From assembly GCA_014799645.1 (NCBI GenBank), contig JAAVHQ010000004.1, positions 5,925 to 69,924 of the forward strand: DNA of 64,000 nt, in the 5' to 3' direction. The notes under the pieces were generated by a model. The model did no database searches. It was not told the origin of the DNA and saw only the letters and a list, made by a program, of their open reading frames with translations. Origin of the DNA: Clostridiales bacterium (lineage in GTDB: Bacteria > Bacillota > Clostridia > Christensenellales > UBA3700). Below are positions 39,526 to 47,877 of the stretch, piece by piece. Numbering within the stretch: position 1 is the stretch's first letter; every line of letters starts with the position of its first letter. The position numbers and the translations under genes were made by a program.

Positions 39526-40428
39526 ATGAACAAAATGGAAAACGACAAAGGATATGATAAAGAATTAGACTATCTTGATCTAGATGACGAACTTGATCAA
39601 GATGGCAACATATTGCCGGAAAAGACAGAGTTGACGGAAGATTTAATCAGCGGAGACAAAGACGCAAAAAAAATCGTAGAGTCATTATATAAAAATCTAA
39701 GTTTCGCATATGGTATTTATGAACCACAACACCTTCTAGGAGCGTTGAAATATTTATCGTATTCAGTATCAATATTGTTTTTTCTAACGAGTATATTTTT
39801 AGTCGTTTCTATGCTGGTGATAAGAATAGATCGATCTCAAATTCCAATGATGGTAGCTCCGGCAATATTATGTTTATTTTTCGGGATATTTTCTATGTAT
39901 TTTTTTATAACAAGAGATCAAGCCCGAAAAGTATGGTGGTATAAAGATTCGAAAAAAACTATAGCAATATATAAGTCTGCGAGAAAATCGGAAGAAAGTG
40001 ATATTATTATATACGTAAATAAGAATTATCAATACCGTTATTATCACAAAAAGCAGGAGTGGAAGAAGAATAGGTCGCAGTGTATGGATACGAGATTGTT
40101 ATTCAAGCATCTAAACGGCAAATTGAGAATAGAAAATCATAAGAACGGTGACGTGGAGATATATACGCGCAATCCATCCTTGTATTCATTTTACAACGAA
40201 GAAGCCAAGCAAAAATCTGCAAGTATATTAATTCGTGATGGGATTCCTAATTATATTGAGCATTGGTATGACTCGGCAGAACAAGGTAGAAGTAACGTGA
40301 GCGAACGTTTTGAATTTCTTGAAATCAACACTGATAGATACGTAGAAATACCAAAATCATTTATTACGTTTTGTCAAGTGCAAAGAATAGAGCCATTACA
40401 AGAAAATGAACATTTACGTTATGTATAA
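39526..40428 (+). CDS. Membrane protein of unknown function (acidic N-terminus, two TM segments). May be phage cargo or host.
   Basis: 300 aa. YLSYSVSILFFLTSIFLVVSMLVI and MVAPAILCLFFGIFSMYFFI. AT-rich. Confidence 0.5.
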   Translation: MNKMENDKGYDKELDYLDLDDELDQDGNILPEKTELTEDLISGDKDAKKIVESLYKNLSFAYGIYEPQHLLGALKYLSYSVSILFFLTSIFLVVSMLVIRIDRSQIPMMVAPAILCLFFGIFSMYFFITRDQARKVWWYKDSKKTIAIYKSARKSEESDIIIYVNKNYQYRYYHKKQEWKKNRSQCMDTRLLFKHLNGKLRIENHKNGDVEIYTRNPSLYSFYNEEAKQKSASILIRDGIPNYIEHWYDSAEQGRSNVSERFEFLEINTDRYVEIPKSFITFCQVQRIEPLQENEHLRYV

Positions 40429-40500
40429 TAATTATAAAAAACTTAATATTATGCTATACTCATTTTGCAAGATAACTTATTTTAACAAATGGGAGGAAAT

Positions 40501-41217
40501 ATGATATACACAAAGAATGGAATGGTAAGCGGAAGTCTTATTGATACGAGCACGAATTTATCGGTTATCGGGACGTTCCAAATAGTTGAAGATGCGCTAA
40601 CGGAACTTATGGGGGAGTTGAAGATTGACGGTATAACTGCAAAAAAGTTGTACAACGCAATGTGGGTGTATACTAAAAATAGGATAAAATTCTTAAAGCC
40701 GTTGGCGTGGGGAGAGGGTTACACAGTCGAAAGTTTTGTATCGCTAATTTCTTTGGCAAAAATCAATATTGACACTGCTATAAAAGATAATAATGGAGAG
40801 ATAGTCGCGTACTCCAAAGTCGAGCTTTGCGCTTTGGATTTAGAGACCGGCAGAATAAGAAAAACGGCGACTGTCGGCGTAGATGAGAGTATAGTTAAGG
40901 AAAACTCGCAAATCCAAATAGATTTTACAAAATTTGAAGCCCTTGAAATGGATAAGGTAGAGAGCGTTGTCGTTCGCTCGACCAACATAGATTTTTGCCA
41001 TCATTGCAATAACGTTGAGTACCTAAGATTTTTACTCAATACATATTCAGTGGCTGAATTGGAAAACAATCCAATTAAAGAATTCGAAATATGTTATGCA
41101 AATCAATCGTTTGAAGGGGATACGCTGGATATTTTCAAGATGCAAAATCAGGACAAAGATATTTTAATAATTCAAAAAGAAGACAAAGTGATAATCAAGT
41201 GTGAAATTTTGCGTTAA
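40501..41217 (+). CDS. Acyl-ACP thioesterase-like (hotdog fold) protein.
   Basis: Start at the ATG at 40501, behind GGGAGG. Pattern of two hotdog halves. Assignment from overall resemblance only. Confidence 0.45.
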   Translation: MIYTKNGMVSGSLIDTSTNLSVIGTFQIVEDALTELMGELKIDGITAKKLYNAMWVYTKNRIKFLKPLAWGEGYTVESFVSLISLAKINIDTAIKDNNGEIVAYSKVELCALDLETGRIRKTATVGVDESIVKENSQIQIDFTKFEALEMDKVESVVVRSTNIDFCHHCNNVEYLRFLLNTYSVAELENNPIKEFEICYANQSFEGDTLDIFKMQNQDKDILIIQKEDKVIIKCEILR

Positions 41218-41224
41218 AAATTAA

Positions 41225-41282
41225 TTGACAAATACTTAATAGGATGATATATTAATTGTGCACAATCGAATTGTGTGCAATT
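41225..41282 (+). promoter_or_regulatory. Promoter plus tandem AATTGTG-type operators upstream of gpx (OhrR/MarR-box-like).
   Basis: TTGACA-17 nt-TATATT, then AATTGTGCACAAT (palindrome ATTGTGCACAAT) and AATTGTGTGCAATT. Confidence 0.5.
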
Positions 41283-41300
41283 AATATTTTGGAGGTTTTT

Positions 41301-41774
41301 ATGTCTATCTACGATTTCACAGCAAAAGATGCTCAAGGGGCAGACGTTGATTTGTCGGGCTATAAGGGCAAAGTTCTTTTAATTGTCAATACGGCTACGG
41401 GGTGCGGGTTTACTCCGCAATATGAAGGATTGCAAGATTTGTATGAGAAATATCAATCGCAAGGTTTTGAAATACTTGATTTTCCTTGCAATCAATTCGC
41501 ATTTCAAGCGCCTGGCTCTGATGCGAGAATAGTTGATTTTTGTCAATCTCGTTACGGAGTTACCTTTAAGCAATTTTCTAAAATAAAAGTCAACGGAAAA
41601 GATGCGCATCCTATATACAAATATCTTAAATCGCAAATAGGAGGCTCGATGGGCGGCAGAATAAAATGGAATTTCACTAAGTTTCTTTTAGACCGTACTG
41701 GCGCGGTAGTAAAGCGTTATGCGCCTACCGTTACCCCCGCCAAAATGGATAGCGATATAAAGGAGTTGATTTAA
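41301..41774 (+). CDS. gpx: Glutathione peroxidase.
   Basis: KGKVLLIVNTATGCGFTPQYEGLQ, FPCNQF, and WNFTKFL motifs. Confidence 0.9.
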   Translation: MSIYDFTAKDAQGADVDLSGYKGKVLLIVNTATGCGFTPQYEGLQDLYEKYQSQGFEILDFPCNQFAFQAPGSDARIVDFCQSRYGVTFKQFSKIKVNGKDAHPIYKYLKSQIGGSMGGRIKWNFTKFLLDRTGAVVKRYAPTVTPAKMDSDIKELI

Positions 41775-42031
41775 TGAAATACTCATATAAGACGAAAAAC
41801 GTTTGTGCGATGGAAATTACGTTCAAGATAGACGGCAATATAATATCAGATATTAAATTTGAGGGAGGTTGTAACGGTAACTTGAAAGCAATAGCAAAAT
41901 TAGTTGACGGTTGGACTGTTGAGCAGATAGAGGAAAAGCTGGCGGGTAATCTTTGTGGAAGGAGACCTACCTCTTGTGCCGATCAATTGGCTATTGCAGT
42001 AAGACAAGCATATAACGCTTATAATAATTGA
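41774..42031 (+). CDS. TSCPD-domain small protein (TIGR03905-like).
   Basis: 85 aa. GGCNGNLKAIAKL and CGRRPTSCADQLA. Confidence 0.7.
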   Translation: MKYSYKTKNVCAMEITFKIDGNIISDIKFEGGCNGNLKAIAKLVDGWTVEQIEEKLAGNLCGRRPTSCADQLAIAVRQAYNAYNN

Positions 42032-42084
42032 TTTTTTAGTTTAGTTTTGGTAAAATTAGATTGATTCAATTAGAGAGGTATTTT

Positions 42085-42531
42085 ATGAAGAATCAAGAAT
42101 TTGATAGCTTAAAATTGCAAAATCAATTATGTTTTCCTTTATACGTAGCATCAAAAGAAGTAGTAAAAAAATATCGTCCGTATCTTGATAGTGTTGATTT
42201 AACCTATACGCAGTATATCACAATGATGGTTTTGTGGGAAAGGAAAGAGATAAGCGCAAAAGATTTGGGTGATATTCTATATTTAGATTCCGGCACTCTA
42301 ACCCCCGTCCTGAAAAGCCTTGAAAAAAAGAGCTTAATCACGAGGACAAGAGGCGCGAACGACGAAAGACTACTCATAGTCGGCATAACGCAAAATGGAG
42401 AAGACTTGAAAAAACAAGCGGTAGAAATTTCCCGCGCTATCGCAAATTGCGTAAATCTCAATGAAAGTGAGGCAGTGGAATTGTATAGGTTACTATATAA
42501 AATTATAGGCAAGAATGATAATGCAAAATAA
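42085..42531 (+). CDS. MarR-family regulator, OhrR-like.
   Basis: LKLQNQLCFPLYVASKEV (reactive Cys context) and a winged HTH LDSGTLTPVLKSLEKKSLITR. Confidence 0.8.
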   Translation: MKNQEFDSLKLQNQLCFPLYVASKEVVKKYRPYLDSVDLTYTQYITMMVLWERKEISAKDLGDILYLDSGTLTPVLKSLEKKSLITRTRGANDERLLIVGITQNGEDLKKQAVEISRAIANCVNLNESEAVELYRLLYKIIGKNDNAK

Positions 42532-42960
42532 AAAGCAAGAGCAATTGTTGATATGTATAAGGAAGTTCCAAATCGAACTTTCTTTTTATTGGGATATAAG
42601 TGATGGATATAAGAGATGAAGCAAATTTACTATATTATCTACAAATAAATATAAATTAATGAGCGGAAATAATTGATTTTCTGTTGGCTATAATGTATAA
42701 TAAATACGAAAATTTTTTCGGTAAAGTATTACGGGAAGTGTTTTTATAAAAGAAATCGTCAAAAACGTTCGTAGGCGATGGACTCGACAGCAGGACGGTT
42801 GAGCATAGAAGATTTTTGGGGTTCGTGTCTAAAATTGGGCTCGAATCGGCGAAGCGCACGGTATTTGCGCTTAAAACCTTTTGTTGCGATATCGTCAGTA
42901 GAAAGAATATAATTTCACTTGTTACAACGTAATCTATTTCGAGAAACGGGGAGTTTTATA

Positions 42961-44499
42961 ATGAAAAGAATTTGCAAAATATTGGTTCTTTGCCTTGTTG
43001 TATGTATGGCGGTAGGAGCATTTGCTGCGTGTACTAAATTCGGGCCTATCGGCTCAACGGATTTTAAGGACAGCGAAGTAGTCAACAACGGCTCTTTGGT
43101 TGTTCAACAAGGCGGATATTTATATTACGTCAACGGAATGGACGACACGTCCAACATTACCAAGCCGTCGGACAATGAATTCGGTAAGGCTTCGGTCAAG
43201 GGTAGCATTATGAAGAGCGAAATCAAAGAAGACGGCTCTCTCGGCAAGACGGAAGTTGTCGTACCGAAAATGTTCTACACCACGGCTACCAACGGCGGTT
43301 TTTACATTTACGGCGAGTGGATTTATTATCTTTCGCCAAGTACGAAGACTGATAATAAGAGCAACGTATTGACTTCTCAACTCGTTGCATTCCGCACGAA
43401 AATCGACGGAACGAAGACGCAAGAAATTGCGAATTTGTCGAGTAGTTCTACTCAATACGTTTTCACAGACAGCGCGTTTATCTACTATGCGGACAACAAG
43501 CTTACCAAAGTAAGTTATGATAATTCCAAAGTAGATAAGAAGGCGGTTGACCTTGCGGAAGAAGTATCCTCGGTTCTCTTCACTGCAAAGACTTCAACGA
43601 TATTCTTTATTAAGTCGTCGGAAGACAACACTCGTCGCAACAATAATATTTTCGTATGCGTAAACGGGGAAGTAAAAGAAGTCACGACGGACGCGACCTA
43701 TCCTAACAGCGCAAAAAATCTCAATGAGCAATTCACTTATTCGCTCGTATCTTACGACGTGAACGAGAACGTGTTGTTCTATACGAAATCCAACAATTCC
43801 AACGATGCGTCAAAGACGACTTCGACGTACGGATATAAATTTGGAGAAGACTTCTCTTTTGCTCCGTCAAATGAAAAGAAATTTGCGGTAAGCTCTTTGT
43901 CCAGCATCGTCAATTTGGGCTTTGACAAGGGCGTCATGGATATGTCGAGCGCAACGCTTACTTTGTACAAGCCTTTGGCAAGCGAGGCGAACGTAAACGA
44001 TACGCAGACGCTCGCAACTCTTTCTTCGACGGGCGCAAAGATTGTCAAGATGGACGACAAGGAGATGTACTTCGTACTCAGCAATGCGCTTTGGAAGATT
44101 TCTTATACGGATAAGGACGCTTTCGCAGAGCAAGTTGGCGAGAGTAGCGCAATCAACAGCAGTTGGTTGACGATATCGATAGTAGGCGAGTATATGTACT
44201 ATATCGAAAATACTTATAACTATATGAGTAGACTTAAATTCAGCGATTTCGTCTTCGAGCCTAACAACGTAGTTAATGCAAAGGGAGAAATCTTGGGCGG
44301 AACTCGTAAGGCTAAAATCACTGAAAATGAGACCGATAGCGACGATGATGAAAATGCAAGTACGGTTCGCATAGAGTACGTTGCGGATGACGCCAACGAA
44401 GAAGGAGTAGATTATTTCTATATACCGAAATTCATGAGCGAAGATGACGCGCAGAAATACGCAGAAGCATTGTATGAAGAGTACGAAAATAACAAATAA
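42961..44499 (+). CDS. Lipoprotein with repeated YY-containing beta-propeller-like motifs.
   Basis: Start at the ATG at 42961. Signal peptide and lipobox LVVCMAVGAFAAC. Repeats GGYLYYVNG, GEWIYYLSP, SAFIYYADN and EYMYYIEN. Confidence 0.6.
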   Translation: MKRICKILVLCLVVCMAVGAFAACTKFGPIGSTDFKDSEVVNNGSLVVQQGGYLYYVNGMDDTSNITKPSDNEFGKASVKGSIMKSEIKEDGSLGKTEVVVPKMFYTTATNGGFYIYGEWIYYLSPSTKTDNKSNVLTSQLVAFRTKIDGTKTQEIANLSSSSTQYVFTDSAFIYYADNKLTKVSYDNSKVDKKAVDLAEEVSSVLFTAKTSTIFFIKSSEDNTRRNNNIFVCVNGEVKEVTTDATYPNSAKNLNEQFTYSLVSYDVNENVLFYTKSNNSNDASKTTSTYGYKFGEDFSFAPSNEKKFAVSSLSSIVNLGFDKGVMDMSSATLTLYKPLASEANVNDTQTLATLSSTGAKIVKMDDKEMYFVLSNALWKISYTDKDAFAEQVGESSAINSSWLTISIVGEYMYYIENTYNYMSRLKFSDFVFEPNNVVNAKGEILGGTRKAKITENETDSDDDENASTVRIEYVADDANEEGVDYFYIPKFMSEDDAQKYAEALYEEYENNK

Positions 44500-44524
44500 T
44501 TTAATCTAAATAAATTATTGTGAA

Positions 44525-44560
44525 AGCCCTATCGCGCGTTAAGCGCATAGGGCTTTTTTT
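44525..44560 (+). terminator. Rho-independent terminator.
   Basis: AGCCCTATCGCGC-gttaa-GCGCATAGGGCT followed by TTTTTTT. Confidence 0.8.
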
Positions 44561-44671
44561 GACGCTTTACCTTATCTTACCAGTGGGCAAAACAGCAAAT
44601 GCTGAATAAGTCGTTGCAAGGGGAGGATATTGTTAAATATATAAAAGGATGAAGATTACCGTTGTTTTGAA

Positions 44672-47512
44672 TTGGCGGTAATATGGGAAAACAAAGTGGC
44701 AAAATACAAATCAAAAATTTTTACTTTATGTTTATTTACAATTCTATTTTTAACGTTTTTTATTAGTTTTTATAGCAACGATTGCGCAACTTACTACGAC
44801 AAAACAGTCTATACAGAAACTTATTCAAATTATCAATTATTATCCAACTCATTTGTCAGTTCAAGTGATGACTTGCCCGAAGGCGCTGTTAAGATAAGCG
44901 ACGCTGAAGGCTTGAAAAATTTCTTGTCCGGCGACGAACCGTATGGTTACGTAGTAGCGGATATTTTACTCGATTGGGAGAACGTCGGTTCGCCGATAAA
45001 CTTCGCAAACGGAAGAACTATTGACGGTAGAGGTCACGTACTTACTTTGACGGACAAGCAGGCTTGCGCGGACGTTTACGATGATGAGTTTGAAGCATTT
45101 TCCGACGGCGAAGGCGAGGCAAGCGAGTGTAATTACGGACTATTTGTCAGCGTAAATTATGGCGTGATAAAGAATTTCAAGTTTGCATACGCCGACGAAA
45201 TTTGCGCGGTCAACAACGGCGACGTAGAGATAAACGGTGTAGGCATAGTATGCGGAGAAAACAACGGTGCGATTACTAATTGCGAACTTAGCGCTAAGGG
45301 TAAGTTTTCATATTTCTATATCAATGGCGAGGCGGACTACGGAGACGGATTTCAAACGCATTTCGGAGGTTTTGCCGGCATAAATAGAGGTAGTATCGAC
45401 AAAGTGTCGGCAAGTTACGATATGTTTACTTTGAGATTAAGAACTACGGCTCATAGTTGGGACTATTTCGGCGATGGTATGGATGCAAAGACTTTTGCAG
45501 GCGGAGTGGCAGGAAGTATATCCGATAGCGGAGAATGTACCAATTCGATAATCTTTGGAAGCGACGTTATTTTTAATCTCACCGCCGACAAATTAGGCAA
45601 TAGAGAAAGTTGCGTCTATTCGGGCGCAGTAGCCGCGTATAGCGAAGGCAAGGTAGACAATATTATCATAGACTTTTCACCCGAGTACCAGTTTGCGGAC
45701 GAGATATCTATCCTTTCGAAAAACGCGGTAGTACATTGCGGATCGGCGACAAACGTCACTGCGCTCAATGACTTCGGCGGTGGGATAAACTTGTTGAGCA
45801 ATAATTGCGATTGCGCGGAACATATAGGTTATTGCAATACTATAACGACGGATAGGTTTACGCAAGCAGTCGTTTATATAGATGATGATAACAATCAAGT
45901 AGTCACGCTTTTGCCTATCAAGGGCTCATTGGAAAGTGTGTCGTTTACAAAACTTGCAGTTGATAGTAGCGGTAAAATCATTGATGACACCTCTTTATAC
46001 GAAAATTCGCCCGAAAATTTCAACTCGCAAGACTTTGCTAGCGAATGGATTTACGGTAAGACTTTTCAAATTGCGCCTTATCAAAATTCAAGCGATTGCT
46101 TTTGGGAAATAGAAGCGCGCTCTTGGCAAAAAGTCGAGATAGATTTTTCTCCAAACGCGTACTTCAATTATACCGGACAAGATATGTTGCAAGAGATAGT
46201 CAAACTTAAACCGAGCGACGGCGAAAGTAATTTGAATTGCGATTTTACAAAGATGAATTTGTTAAACGGGAGTGATAAAATTTACGAGGCAATAAATTTC
46301 GGTAGATATAATCTTTCGATTCGTCCTATTGAGATAGGCGATAGAAAGCTTTTGTACTACGATGAAGAAAACCATATAATGTCTATTGCGCCCGAGGATT
46401 ACTATAGCGAAGTACACGAGTATTATATTGTTAAATATTTAGTAGTGACGGCAGATTGGTTGGAGATAGAGGACAGGGGCAAGGAGTATGACGGAACTGA
46501 TGAATTCGACGTCGGCAAAATTAAATGGAATAGTAAAAATGAAAACGTGATAGAAAATCTATCTTTACTCCGCGAGGCGATAGAAATTAAAGCTTGTTAT
46601 TCGCAAATCAATGCAGGCGAAGAAATTGAAATTATTATAGAGTTACGTACGCAAGCGGAAGAGATTGTTATAGACAACCAAGTGAGCGAAGTGAAAGGAA
46701 CAATTTTAAGAAAGAAAGTTAATCTTACTTTGAAATATGCCGAAACGACTTACGGAGATACGTTTATCGAATATCATTATGAGACGGACAACGTCATTGA
46801 TGGCGATAGCGTTGACATTGTATTTTGTTCCAATATTTCAATGCCCGACGCGCAAAAGTTTAGATTTTGGATAGAAGAGAGCGAGTTCGGGAATTATTCT
46901 ATCGCCAACTTTGACGAATGTTACGGCTATGAAAACGGCGCGCCCTTGATAATGCATAAGGCAGTAATTTCTCAACTTGTCAACGGTGAAGAAGATTTTA
47001 CCGATTTGAATACTCAAAACGTGAAAGATTTACAAATAAAGTTCAGGGACGTAATAGATGACAAAGTTTTTCACATACTTGATATTCTATATTATGATTC
47101 AGTAGAAAATACGTATTTGCCAATCAAGAAAATTAGCATTGCGGGCAAGTATAAGATTAGTTTGAGCATACCGAAGGAGTTGCAATTGATATATGAGTTG
47201 GACGAAAGCATAGTAGAAATGGAAATAAGCGTGGCGCAAGCCGACACGTCGCATAATGAAAATAATGACGGCGACAGCGATAATCCTTCAAGCGAAATTC
47301 CCAACGAACAAGACAACGATAAAACAGAGATTGGCGATAATATCGGCAATGACAATTCTCAAAACGAATATAGTGAGTATCGTCCAAGCGGCGTCGAAGA
47401 AAAATCCTACGGCGGTATTGCCATTGCGGTTGGCGCGACGTCAACGGCTTTGATTGCCGTGGGAATTCTGAAAAGAGTATTATCAAAGAGAAAATTAAAG
47501 CCGAGAAAATAA
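44672..47512 (+). CDS. Large surface protein with GLUG-like repeats, an N-terminal signal/anchor and a C-terminal TM anchor.
   Basis: 946 aa. GGFAGINRGSI and AGGVAGSISDSG (GLUG-like). C-terminal GGIAIAVGATSTALIAVGIL followed by KRVLSKRKLKPRK. TTG start. Confidence 0.6.
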   Translation: MAVIWENKVAKYKSKIFTLCLFTILFLTFFISFYSNDCATYYDKTVYTETYSNYQLLSNSFVSSSDDLPEGAVKISDAEGLKNFLSGDEPYGYVVADILLDWENVGSPINFANGRTIDGRGHVLTLTDKQACADVYDDEFEAFSDGEGEASECNYGLFVSVNYGVIKNFKFAYADEICAVNNGDVEINGVGIVCGENNGAITNCELSAKGKFSYFYINGEADYGDGFQTHFGGFAGINRGSIDKVSASYDMFTLRLRTTAHSWDYFGDGMDAKTFAGGVAGSISDSGECTNSIIFGSDVIFNLTADKLGNRESCVYSGAVAAYSEGKVDNIIIDFSPEYQFADEISILSKNAVVHCGSATNVTALNDFGGGINLLSNNCDCAEHIGYCNTITTDRFTQAVVYIDDDNNQVVTLLPIKGSLESVSFTKLAVDSSGKIIDDTSLYENSPENFNSQDFASEWIYGKTFQIAPYQNSSDCFWEIEARSWQKVEIDFSPNAYFNYTGQDMLQEIVKLKPSDGESNLNCDFTKMNLLNGSDKIYEAINFGRYNLSIRPIEIGDRKLLYYDEENHIMSIAPEDYYSEVHEYYIVKYLVVTADWLEIEDRGKEYDGTDEFDVGKIKWNSKNENVIENLSLLREAIEIKACYSQINAGEEIEIIIELRTQAEEIVIDNQVSEVKGTILRKKVNLTLKYAETTYGDTFIEYHYETDNVIDGDSVDIVFCSNISMPDAQKFRFWIEESEFGNYSIANFDECYGYENGAPLIMHKAVISQLVNGEEDFTDLNTQNVKDLQIKFRDVIDDKVFHILDILYYDSVENTYLPIKKISIAGKYKISLSIPKELQLIYELDESIVEMEISVAQADTSHNENNDGDSDNPSSEIPNEQDNDKTEIGDNIGNDNSQNEYSEYRPSGVEEKSYGGIAIAVGATSTALIAVGILKRVLSKRKLKPRK

Positions 47513-47536
47513 TTTTGGTTTTTTTGTGAAAAACTC

Positions 47537-47565
47537 TTGACATGAATAGTCATATTCAATATAAT
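47537..47565 (+). promoter_or_regulatory. feoAB promoter with an overlapping Fur-box-like palindrome.
   Basis: TTGACA-17 nt-TATAAT. The spacer contains TGAATA-gtca-TATTCA. Confidence 0.55.
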
Positions 47566-47658
47566 GTTAGCGTAAACTAACTTAGCAGGACGTCATTTGC
47601 TTGAAATATAAAGTTAGCATAGTGCAACATTTTATAGTAAAAAGTAAAAGGAGAGTAT

Positions 47659-47877
47659 ATGAGGTTGATAATTGCCCCGATAGGGAAACAAGGCAGGGTG
47701 GTAAAAATAGATACCGACGAAAAGACTAAAAACAGATTGCAAAACATAGGTATTATCGAGGGCGGTAATATCGAACTTATGCAGTCTAATTTCGGCGACG
47801 TGATAGTCAAAGTGAGAGATTGTAGAATTGCAATGAACAAAGACGTCGCAAGCAAGATTACCGTGGAGATAAACTGA
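47659..47877 (+). CDS. feoA: FeoA.
   Basis: 72 aa SH3-like protein directly upstream of feoB. GRVVKIDTDEKTKNRLQNIGIIEG. Confidence 0.85.
   Translation: MRLIIAPIGKQGRVVKIDTDEKTKNRLQNIGIIEGGNIELMQSNFGDVIVKVRDCRIAMNKDVASKITVEIN

Noticed and set aside
42730-42900. Stretch resembling the 5' part of tmRNA (ACGTTCGTAGGCGATGGACTCGACAGCAGGACGGTTGAGC).
   Set aside because: It lacks the 5' GGGG acceptor start, a tag-peptide reading frame, a 3' tRNA-like T-arm/CCA and the required length. At most it is a chance similarity or an old fragment.
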